Source: Hyaloraphidium curvatum SAG 235-1 | Taxonomy: Eukaryota; Fungi; Monoblepharomycota | Assembly (NCBI GenBank): GCA_025558095.1 | Contig: JAIVFI010000003.1 | Span: 310,001 to 374,000 of the forward strand | DNA: 64,000 bases | Direction: 5' to 3' | Shown here: one piece after another, positions 9,486 through 22,431 of the stretch | Position numbering within the stretch: the first letter of the stretch is position 1 | Layout: the number at the start of each line of letters is the position of its first letter | Notes under the pieces: model-generated | The model's input: only the letters and a program-made list of their open reading frames with translations | Database searches by the model: none | Told to the model about the DNA's origin: nothing | Program-made: the position numbers and the translations under genes

Positions 9486-11362
9486 TCAACATGGCCTTCT
9501 TCCACATGGTCTCGCTGAGGTTTGCAGGACCAAGCAACATTCAAGGTGGCAATGATAGGCAAAGATAGAGAGAATCCATGCAACACAATGTGAGGCTGCC
9601 GTGCTGCAACTATTGGCGTTCCCAACTAGCCTAATGATTCTTGTAACCGCCTCCACTTCTGCGTCATGATGGCCTCTGCGGGCACATGTTGCAATCGTAA
9701 TGAACACGCCCACACCCCTGAGCAGCGTCCAGAACCCCAAAACAAGCGTGAACACGGTGACCAGCATCGTCCGCACGAACCCAAGCGTCACGGTGTAGCC
9801 AAAGAACCTTCCGCGGTACGGCTCAGTGTCTGCGTAGCAATCCAGCAGCTCCGCGAGCCGCTGGAGTCTCGCCACCGCGCTCGTGCTGGCCAATGATGCC
9901 GCACTGGGTGCCATCCGCATCTCGACTAGCGCCAGCGCCTCCCTGATCCGCGACTTGGCAGCCCTGTACGACTCTCCACTCTGCTCGACCTGAGCGTTGG
10001 CAGCGGCAATGTTGGCCAAATCAAGGGCAAGCGTGACAACAAGGCTGAAGAGATATGGCAAGGGGTACCCGATGATGCAGCCTGCTCCAATGAGGTTGAT
10101 GGCGAAGCCGACAAGGCCAACCACGAAGCCAACGGCGTGCTCTAACCGCCCAGCGGAGAGAATGGTGAGCCGCATGGCCCAAAAAGGACGGGCACGCGCA
10201 TTGAGGTTCACAAAGAAACCTAGGAGCTCGAAAGGGTCGGCCCTGTCAACGCTTGTGATGCTTGTGATGCTTGTGATGGATAGACCCCGGTCAAGAGTGA
10301 AGGATGCTAGTGAGGAACCCCGGTCCAGGGTGAAAGCTTTGGTTACATCTTTGCCGAGCTCAAGCTCGAGGACCTGACTGCGGATAGTCACGTCCAGAAC
10401 AACGTTCAGAGCACGGGCCTGCAGCCGGTGTGTGATTTCGAGGATACTGGTGCTGGTGATTGGCAGGGCAATGGCGTGGCCAAATGCACAAGGGATGACG
10501 GTGATGCAGAAGACGGCGCCGACAAAGATTCCCCAAGGTGCGGTCCAGAACAAGCTGCCAAACGTGACCATTGCCGTCCAGCACATCGAAAACTGGCAGA
10601 AGACCAACATGACGGCCATGAAAGCCTTGCGCGCCAGGAGAGCGGTCCCTCCGCGCATAAGGAGGCCGCCAGCGCACGTCGCAGCGGGGCAGGGGCACAG
10701 GTGGTCCCCATGCACGTGCGTTAGCAGCGCCTTTGCAACAGGCCGCCAAGACTCCGGGTCACGCTCGTGGTAGCGGCCCATCTCGATGTAGAGGTCAGAC
10801 TCTTGGACAGCTTGCAGTACCTGCGATCCCGGCGGTACATGCGATTCCGATGCTTTGGCCGCAGCGACGGCCTCGTTGTAGCGCACGGCACCGGACCAGG
10901 CTGTGCGCGAGGCGTTCTCGCGCGGGTGGATTGTTGCCTGGAACGCGAAGCCGAGCCCAACGATGCTGGGAATCGCGCACCAGCACAGCGCAACGGTGCC
11001 GACGATGAGCGCAGTGCGAGTGAATAGCCCGTTATTGAAAATCCAGTTCGCGGGAATGCAGCCGAGCGCCGCGCAAAGCGAGAGGATGAGCGAGGCGGTC
11101 GCTACGTTGGACCACTTTGGCTGCGCGTTCCACATTTCCACGTCCGCGATGGCGCGCAGCAACGGCTCCTTTGCGAGCCCGCGGGAGATTGAAGCGGCCG
11201 TCAGCGGCTCCTTGCGCCGCACGTCGCCGCGGGGTCCCTCGTTTCGTCGTCCTCCTCGGGCGGGTCGACGGGGAACAGCGCCAGCCACGCGCGCTGCGGC
11301 AACCGGAGCGAGTCGGAGTCGATGCCGCCATTCAGCGTCGATTCCGGCGGCGGGACGTCCAT
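9486..11362 (-). CDS. 7-transmembrane protein, gustatory-receptor-like/7TMIC candidate (possible frameshift near N-terminus)
   Basis: Seven hydrophobic segments arranged 2+2+2+1 with long loops after TM2, TM4 and TM6. C-terminal RFFGYTVTLGFVRTMLVTVFTLVLGFW. The likely start MDVPPP at 11362 is out of frame with the main ORF. Confidence 0.65.
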
Positions 11363-11838
11363 TTCGTGTGTCTCCCGAATGGCCGATTTGGAAGGCTCTC
11401 CGGCTGCAGTTGGCGCGCACGGGCCTTTCGGAAACGCCCGATAAACGGCGCGGGACAATGGGAGAGAATGAAAGGAAGCGCCGGTGGGCGTATGCGCGGG
11501 TGGCCGACAGGGGATTTGGAACGCCCGATCGAACGTTCAGGGACGCCCGATCGACTCAGCCACCCATCCTCGCCTCCCCCAGCCTTGGCGGTACGGTGCT
11601 ATATTGTTGAGTCGGCTTAACAGATGACCCATTCGTGTGCCATAAACATCAAAGTAGTTGGGTGCGTACCGCCTGCCCGACCACTGATGTTGTACGTCTG
11701 AACGATTTGAGGAAAAGCAGACAGGCGACACGAAGGTGATCTATCCGAGGATTGCGACAACCGATCAATCATTCCATGTAAAGCCATCTGCGGGGTAATG
11801 CTCATCAGGGATGCAAGGTATTCCGTGATGTTGCATCA

Positions 11839-14701
11839 TCAACTCCTCCGTGCCCTTTTCCGCGACTCATCTTCTACCACTTCTTCAACCGGCTCATCTG
11901 TCTCTGACAGGCCAGCACTTTCTGAGTCTTCCGGTGGTGCCAATGTGACACCCCCATGATCCGTCTGACAGGGACAATCAACACCGGCGCGGGAATGATG
12001 CCACTGCGCTACAGACAGCTTCACTTAGCTTCCGTTTCATCTTGAGCTTTGCCTGCTTCTCTCGCTTTTTTGCCTTTTGAAGCTGCTTGTCTTCGGCGTC
12101 TTGCTCATTCATGATGGATTGCAATCCAGTAAGATGGTTGGAGATCTCCTGCTGGACCCTGTCACCAATCGAAGCTCTGAAAGCGTCCTCTGATTCGAAA
12201 TGCTGCACTGGGATGGCCTGGCACCAGCGAAACCACTTCAGGGCACGGCAGCATTGACACGGCCACATGAAAAGCACCTCCCCATCTTCAGAGAAGACGA
12301 ACTTGGCTGCCGAGCCTCTTGCGGCGATTGCTTTCTGCTTGAGCTTCTGCATACGCCGCTTTGAGGTAGGGGCTGGGCCGCCATTCTGTCCTGTGGAACC
12401 CTTTGACGGTGGGGACGTCAGATTAATGGGCTGCATGACAAGCATATGGACTCACGTCCAGTGCATCGGTCAAATCGTGATCTCGGCGAGCCACCACGAG
12501 GATGTCATCCGTTTCGTCATCTTCGTCCTGTCGCTCGGTGAGCTTCCCAAAATGATCCGACAGCACCGTCTTGTTCTTCTGCCGGAACATCTTGTCCACT
12601 TTGGTGAGGGCTTGCTGTTGCTGAAGCCGGAACAGGCTGTCAGATACAATGCATACGACCTTCATGGGGCAATACCTTGGGCAGAGGAGGCTCCTCATCT
12701 GAGTCGGGTTCAGACTCGGCGAGCATTGGCTTGGACCCTGGCGTTGCCTCATCATCTCGCCGCAAGGCGTGTGGCGTGTTCTTGTCCGCTTTGGCAGATT
12801 TCTGATCCCTGCGTTAGTAATGCTACAGATGCGCCGTGCCGAGCATACCTTGGCAAACTTGATCTTTGGTGTACCCAGAAGCCCAAGCGAAGCGGCGAAC
12901 CGATCTGCGGGTAAGCTGTGCACGTTGAAGACGGCCTTGTTCCGCTGCAGGTAGACGGACCGCATGTAGGAAACGAAGGCCTTTGCCGCCCGATCAGACA
13001 CTGGCCGCCGCCTGACGAGGGATAAAGCTACCTTCTGCGCGAGGTATTTCAAGGCCGGATCTTGAGCACAGAACCCCGCAAGATTGCTCTTGATCGACTG
13101 CGTCTTGCTGAGGTTGGCCTTTATCCGGCTGATTGGCACCTTCTTCTCGTCCAGGAGAGACACCATGGCCTCCGTTTCCGATGGCAAGAGGAACAAGAGT
13201 GCGTTGCCCGTGCGTTCGTTCCTCGCGGTCCTCCCCACGCGATGAATGTACGTGTCAGTGTCGTCCGGGCAGTCGACCTGCAGGACCCAGTCGACCGCGG
13301 GGAAATCCAGACCCCTGGTGACAGATGTCAAGCGCCTCAGCAGACTGCGACGCTTCGCGACAAGAAGCCAACCTGGCGGCGATGTCCGTGGCGAATAGAA
13401 CGGCCACCTTCTTCCTGCAGAACTGATCGAAGATGGCCATTCGTTTCGGCTGCTTCTGCTTCCCGTGCAGGCACATGAGCTGGATCCCCGGCTGCAGCTT
13501 GCAGAAGACCTCGTGCACGTATCGGACCTTGGCCGCAAACAGATCAGGCCCTGGACACAATCCCGCTCCGGCGGACCAACCTGTTTGCAGCTCGACAGAA
13601 AGACGAGTATCTTGGACTTCAGATGCGTCCGAATGAACGAATACAGAAGGTCAAGCTTCTGATCCAACTCGCACGTCATGTACCGCTGAATGAGCGTGCT
13701 CGGCGTGCTGGTGTCCTCCTTTTCGTGCACCGCCACGTACTCCGGATTCTGGTGCGGAGGCTCGTTGGAGGGTCCAACGCCGTCACACGTGCCCGTGCTC
13801 ACCGCAAGGGAAAGCCGCGCGAGGTCCCGCACGCTCTTCGTCTGCGTTGCGGAAAAAAGAAGAGTCTGCCTCGTCCTCGGAAGGTTGTCGACGATGGCAT
13901 TGACGGTCTTCTCGAACCCCAAGTCCAAGATCCGATCCGCCTCGTCCAAAACCAGCACCCGAAGGTTGTCGCAGTTGAAATCAGGGGTCTGATCCATGTG
14001 CTGGAGGAGCCGGCCAGGAGTGCACACAAGGATATTCATGCGGTTGACCCGTTCCTGCTCGGCCTGCAGGTTCTTCCCTCCGATCAGCAACCCCGCGGAG
14101 AAGGTGTGATGCCGCCCGACGGCCCTGAGAACCTCAAAGATTTGGAGCGCCTGGCAACAAAACGGCCAGCGTCAACTTCTTGCCAGGGAAAAAATCGCCC
14201 GACCTCATCTCACCAGCTCTCGCGTGGGGGAAATGACGAGCGCTCCCACTCCATCCAAAGACGTCCACTTCGCCCTATAGAGGGCTTCCAAGACGGGAAC
14301 AAGGAAAGCAAGAGTCTTTCCGGATCCTGTTTTTGCCGCTCCGAGTACGTCTCTGCCCCTTAAGGCGAGAGGGAGCGACTCGCGCTGAATGTCCGTCATC
14401 TCCACGAAGTGGGCATCGGCAAGACCTGGGCCGTCGTGCAGGGCGACCAACCCCCGCGCAGTAAGAACAAGCTCTCCTAATGACCAGATAATCAACGCCC
14501 ACCCCTCTGAGTCGGTGTCGTCAGTGGGAGATCCTCGAACATCGTGGTCGACGATGGATCCAGCGATTCTAGCCGCTCCTCGATCTGTGCCAGCTCCTTG
14601 GACTCATCGAGCCTCCTCCTCTGTCTTCCATTGACAGTCTTATGCCGCGGACCCTCCTTTGGTCGCTGACGCGGCCGCTTCGGGCCCTCTGGAGCGTCCA
14701 T
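11839..14701 (-). CDS. DBP4: ATP-dependent DEAD-box RNA helicase Dbp4/DDX10 (multi-exon)
   Basis: [90 protein letters not shown] and [10 protein letters not shown]. Confidence 0.95.
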
Positions 14702-14795
14702 CGCTGGAAGTGTTATTGTCTTGATTGGACGCGCGCGCCCCTCTGTTTACCGCCCGCGCTCGCCTCCGGTTCCACGCAAGGCCGGACCGCCAACG

Positions 14796-16082
14796 ATGTC
14801 TTTCCGGCCGCCCAATGTGTCGCAGGTGGATTTCGAGACCTCTGCTTTGGCTTCCGGCACATGATGGTGGCTAATCGCCCCGTGCCCGCCCGCCACCCTT
14901 CGCGATAGATCATGCGGAACAACCCACTGAAGGGCCCGCAGGGTCGGGCCGCGCTCACCAGCGGGGGTGTTTTGTTGGGTCTCGGAGCCCTGGCTTTCGG
15001 GATCAACGCGTCCCTCTTCAACGGTACGCGCCTCGGGGTCGCCCGATGGTCGCGCTAACGGATCGGCGGGGCAGTCGAGGGAGGGCAGAGGGCCGTCAAG
15101 TTCTCCCGGGTCTTTGGTGTTCGGCAGGAGGTCTACGGAGAAGGGACGCATATCTTCATCCCGTGGTTCGAGACGCCGGTCATCTACGACGTCAGGGCCA
15201 AGCCGCGGAACGTGTCGTCGCTGACGGGGACCAAGGGTGGGATCCCACGCAGGATTGGGACGCTGCGGCTTGGGCTCAACGTTTTGGATTGGACACGCAG
15301 ATCTGCAGATGGTCAACATCACGCTCCGTGTCCTCTCCCGGCCGCGCGTGGAGCAGCTGCCGAGGATCTACCAGACGCTGGGCCTGGATTACGACGAGCG
15401 AGTTCTCCCCTCGATCGTGAACGAGGTCCTCAAGAGCGTGGTCGCGCAGTTCAACGCGTCGCAGCTCATCACGCAGCGTGAGCGGGTTCGTTCGATCCAC
15501 GGCTCTCGCCGTCCCTGCGCTGATCGACGGCCCACGTAGGTGTCGCGGCTCGTTCGCGAACAGGTGGTGCGGAGAGCGTCGCACTTCGACATTGTCCTCG
15601 ACGATGTCTCCATTACCCACGTGGCCTTCAGCCCCGAGTTCACGCACGCTGTGGAGGCGAAGCAGATCGGTGGGCGAGCGACCGATCGCGCAGGTCGAAT
15701 CCGGAGCGCTGAATCCTGTTGCAAACAGCCCAACAGGAGGCACAGAGGGCATCTTACATCGTTGATAGGGCGCGCCAGGAGAAGCAGTCGATCATCGTTC
15801 GCGCCGAAGGCGAGGCCCAATCTGCGACGCTGATCGGCGAAGCGGTCAAGAGCAATCCCGGTTTCCTCCAACTCCGCCGCATTGAAACCGCACGGGAGAT
15901 TGCCCAGACGATCGCAGGTTCCACCAACAGGGTCTTCCTGGATAGCGACGCGCTCCTGCTCAACACCCAGTCGGACGGTGGGCGATCTTCGTTCCGTCGC
16001 GCTCCGGTGTAGATTCGCTCACGTGTCTGCTGTCATTCTTCGTGATCCAGACCCAGCACTGGCAGCGTTGAGGAAGAAGTAG
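14796..16082 (+). CDS. PHB2: Prohibitin 2 (multi-exon)
   Basis: SLFN|[36 protein letters not shown]|[47 protein letters not shown] and AQQEAQRA. Confidence 0.95.
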
Positions 16083-16133
16083 CGCAGTTGTTGTCTGTCT
16101 CATCAACAAACTTTCGCAGCTGAATGCATCCCG

Positions 16134-18042
16134 ATGATCACGCGATGTGCTCGGGTGCTGCTGTCGCGGCGCCATCGGAGCGTAGCGGCTGTTGCTTCCA
16201 ACAGTGCGTCCACGCACCCGGGGGATGGACGGCTGGATTCGGTCCGGCGCGCGCTCGAGGAGTGCGGGAAGCGCGAGGACTGGGTGACCGCGAGGGACAT
16301 CTGGACGACCTTCATTTTGGGGCGCCACGGTCCGGCGTCCATCGATTCCGAGACGCTGGATCGATTTTGCACCTTGGCTTTGAAGGCCAAGGACGTGCGC
16401 GGGGCCTACGCCGTCTTCGCGGCGGGAAGGAGACGGTCGTCCGACGCGCCGCGGCATTCCACTTACCACGGCCTCATCGAGGCCTTGCTGGACAATTCTG
16501 GGGATCCTGAGAGAGCCATTGCCGCGATTGTCTTGCTCGAAGACCTCAAAGGCGCCGGAAACGTCTCTGTTCGTACCCTCGCCTCGATGCTGAAGGTTGG
16601 TGTCCCGCGGCCCCGGTTCGAAGCAGCGGCTCACGCGACTGTCCAACAAGGCTTACGGCTCGGCTGGCAACGTCAAAGCGTTGGACGCCCTCGCGACTTT
16701 CATCCAGGAAACCTGGCCCAAGGTTCCGCTCGTCCTCCAGGGAAAGATCGTCGAGTCGTACTGGGCTGCCGCCGCCGGGCAGCCGGCATCCATTCAGGAG
16801 AGGATGGAAGGCGCATTTGGTGCCATCGTCCGCCTCGTCTCGGCGTCCAACTTGGAGGAACTGGCCAGCGATGACCTACATATCGTGCGGAGCGCCGCCG
16901 TGTCATACCTCGACTACCTGGCCTCGCAGCCGTCGCATCGGGCATCCCTTGTTCTCTGGCGTCTCCGGGATCTGCGCGATGTCCTGCAAATACCGGTCGT
17001 TGCCGTTTTCGAGCGCGCATCCAAGTTCACGGCTCGCAGCGCCGAGTTGTTGGAGTTCCTGCGGTCATTGGACATTGGCATTTTGCGAGCTCTCGTCGGT
17101 GCTTTGCGCTCGGCGGACGAAGCAGCAAAGGCAGCGGGATTGGAGGCGGAGTCAGGGGTGGTCGGGACGCTGCGGAACGAATGGATGCCGTTCCTGGATT
17201 CTGCCATCTACCGACACGGGGTCACTGGTTTGGGGTTCGATGGCGTCCGGAGCATCATGCACATTCTTCTCGGGCCCGGTGGCGGACACGATCGACGGGA
17301 AGCCTTGGACCGGGCACAAGCCATCTTTTTCCGGTTGCGGGACGAAGGCCTGGACGCTCCGGCAGAGGGATACAGGATTCTCATGGAGGCATGGGCTTCT
17401 CGCGACGTGCCGGACGGCATCGAAGCGGGGGAGAAGCTTGACAGGGTCGCATCCCTTGTCGGCTCCATGAAGGCGGCGGGACATCCGATCACCGAAATTG
17501 ACTATGCCTACATGTTCCGCGCTTGCGTTCCGCTGGGCAAAGTGGCGCCGCTGTCGGATGAGTTGCTCCACTTCCTCGCGCAAACCAATCTCTATCTCGA
17601 GGAAACGAAAGGGTCGCCACCGGCGGGCCCAATCAGGACTTTTCGTCGGGCCTTTTCGGCCGCACGGGACATGGACCCCAGAATCTCCTTTGTCGAGGCA
17701 CATCTGTCGCAGAGCGGGCTGCGATACGACGAAAATCTGCTGTGCGAGCTGGTCCGTGCTCTTTGCGCCGGGTCTGGCTACGGCTCGGCGTTCGTACTCC
17801 TGAAGCTCCTCCGCACCGCGGGTCTGCCTCTCGGGATCAAGGTTTACAATGCCCTGCTGGAGCTTTGCTCGAACAGCAAGTCGGCGTCGCAGGCGGCACT
17901 GGGGTCGCTCCGTTTTGACATCACCCGCCACGGCCTGAGGCTTGACGCGGACAGCTATGGAGCGCTCCTAAAGTGCTGCGCTACCTTGGACGACGAAATC
18001 ACAGCTGCGGAGATCGCGGAAGAGATGGCAGCGGGAATCTAG
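16134..18042 (+). CDS. Mitochondrial pentatricopeptide-repeat (PPR)-like protein
   Basis: Arg-rich presequence. Repeated PPR-like helices TYHGLIEAL, GYRILMEAWA, VYNALLELC and SYGALLKCC. At least one intron (~16596-16650). Confidence 0.75.
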
Positions 18043-18056
18043 AGCACGGTGCGAGG

Positions 18057-20358
<2,302 letters not shown>

Positions 20359-20511
20359 CGTGTGTGCGGAGGATTCCGGGTGGCGTCGCGTGGTCGTCAG
20401 GGGCAAGTGCCCTGAAGCCCTTTCGCACCTTCAAGGTTATCTCTGGGTTAAACGACTTCGGCGTCCGCACCGCTCCCCGTCGATTGCCCAGTCTCACGCA
20501 GCGGACCGACC

Positions 20512-21442
20512 ATGGTTGGTATCAGGGCATTGCGGAGCGAGGCGCGGGCCGTTGCTTCGGGCTGCGCTGCCCGGGATCGGGCGGGAACGGAGGCTGCGGG
20601 GGACGACGCCGCGGGAGCTGCCGCCCGGGACTCTGGAGTGGGCACCGTGGACATCCCGGCCTGCTGGGCAGCTGTGGGACGGCCGGCAGCGTGGAGATGA
20701 CCGCGACACAGCTGGACACACCCCGTCGGTCTTCCGGTGGCGATGGGCGGGTTCTCATGCTGCCGCGGCGCGCAGGGTATCGACATCAAGTACAAGCACG
20801 CCAAGAAGGGCAACCGGACGGCGCCGCAGTCCAAAAATGTCTACCTCCTTATGCTCGTGAAGGTGAGCCCCGCCGTCGGGCGCCCTCCTGGCGCCGCTGA
20901 GCCCCCCGGCCAGCTGTACCGCTTCCTCGCCCGGAGAACCGATGCCCCCTTCAACAAGGTCATCCTGAAGCGGCTCTTCATGTCGCGCGTCAACCGGCCG
21001 CCGCTGTCGCTGTCGCGCCTGGCGTACCTCATGAAGGGCAAGGAGGAGAAGATCGCCGTGCTCGTCGGCACCGTGACCGACGACGTGCGGCTGGTGGAGG
21101 TGCCCAAGCTGTCGGTCTGCGCGCTGCGCTTCACGAGGACGGCGCGGGCCCGCATCACCGCCGCCGGCGGCGAGTGCCTGACGTTCGACCAGCTGGCACT
21201 GCGGGCGCCCAAGGGCTCCAACACCGTCCTCATCCGCGGGAAGAAGAACGCGCGCGAGGCGGTCAGGCACTTTGGCAGGGCCCCCGGTGTTCCCCACTCG
21301 ACGACCAAGTGGGCATCAGCCGGTTGTCGTTGCCGTGGATCGGTTGCTGACGCCTCGTCCCTCCAGGCCGTACGTCAGGAGCAAGGGCCGCAAGTTCGAG
21401 CGGGCTCGTGGTCGCCGCGCCAGCCGCGGTTTCAAGGTGTAG
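20512..21442 (+). CDS. RPL18: 60S ribosomal protein L18 (eL18), multi-exon
   Basis: M|[16 protein letters not shown]..|[48 protein letters not shown]. The start (ATG-only first coding exon) is inferred. Confidence 0.95.
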
Positions 21443-21498
21443 AGCCGCTGTATTGCACGGGCAATTGTACATTCGAGGAGAGCTCGGCTTCGCGTCCG

Positions 21499-22371
21499 TC
21501 AGTCGTCGCAGTATCCGGTGTTGCACAACCGCAGGATCCGTTCGAAGAACAGCGAGCAATCGTGGCTTTGGTAGTCCCCGCCCCGCACCATGATGTTGCG
21601 GCCGAGCATGGCGTCCGGCTCGAAGCCACACGTGGAGGCGGCGTCGACGGCGTGGTCGGGCGAGGCCATGTTCCCCGAATGCCTCCGCGACGGGCCGCGC
21701 GAGGGATCGCGCGAGGGGTCGGTCCCGCTCTCCGCGTCGTCCATGCCGTGGCCCGACTGCGGGTCTTCGCTGGTCTGCGCCGCCGACGACTCCTCGTCCA
21801 GGTGGTAGTGGTTCTCTGCCTTGACGTCCCACTTCATGTGGAAGCGGCCCCCGCCGTACTGCCCGGCCCGCGTGGTGAACTTTGATTGGATCGGCTGCCT
21901 GCGCGAGGCGAAGTTGGCGGGCACCTGGCTCAGCATCGAGACCAGGTACGGGTCCACGTCCGAGCTCGAGCCGCCCGAGCCCTCCTCCGAGTCCGGCGCG
22001 CTGCTGCGGTACAGCTGCGAGTCGTTGCAGTCGTCCGACACCACGAAGCCCGGCAGGTCGGCGTCCAGGTCCTCCTCCCCGCCCTCTTCGGAATCGTCCG
22101 CGCCGGACGTCGAGCCGTCCTCCTCATCCGACTGCGAGGGCTCCGCGGCCCCCCGCTTCCGGCCCGTGCGCGCCTCGACGTCGAAAATCCTGCTGCCGAA
22201 GCCCTTTATCCTGCCGCGGGCGGCGGGGCGCTTCGGGCGCGGCGGCGACAACGGCTCGCTGGGCTGCGCGGCCCGCTGGCTCTCGTCGGGCGTCGAGTCG
22301 AGCGCGTTGCGCCGCCGCTTCAGCCGCCGGTTGGGGATCGGCGACGGCGACTCGCCGCTGTCCGACGCCAT
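21499..22371 (-). CDS. Acidic, disordered hypothetical protein (290 aa)
   Basis: Open ORF with NLS-like RRLKRRR and acidic blocks; sits head-to-head with MLH1. The 3' end may be spliced. Confidence 0.6.
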   Translation of the reverse strand: MASDSGESPSPIPNRRLKRRRNALDSTPDESQRAAQPSEPLSPPRPKRPAARGRIKGFGSRIFDVEARTGRKRGAAEPSQSDEEDGSTSGADDSEEGGEEDLDADLPGFVVSDDCNDSQLYRSSAPDSEEGSGGSSSDVDPYLVSMLSQVPANFASRRQPIQSKFTTRAGQYGGGRFHMKWDVKAENHYHLDEESSAAQTSEDPQSGHGMDDAESGTDPSRDPSRGPSRRHSGNMASPDHAVDAASTCGFEPDAMLGRNIMVRGGDYQSHDCSLFFERILRLCNTGYCDD

Positions 22372-22431
22372 TTCACTTCAAGGTGCTGATGTTGATGGGA
22401 CCTGAATCCCATATTTTGACGTTCCCGGAGA

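Noticed and set aside
14725-14745. CGCG-rich E2F/MCB-like motifs in divergent promoters (also ~29000, ~36330)
   Set aside because: Expected by chance at this GC content; cannot be supported without enrichment statistics.
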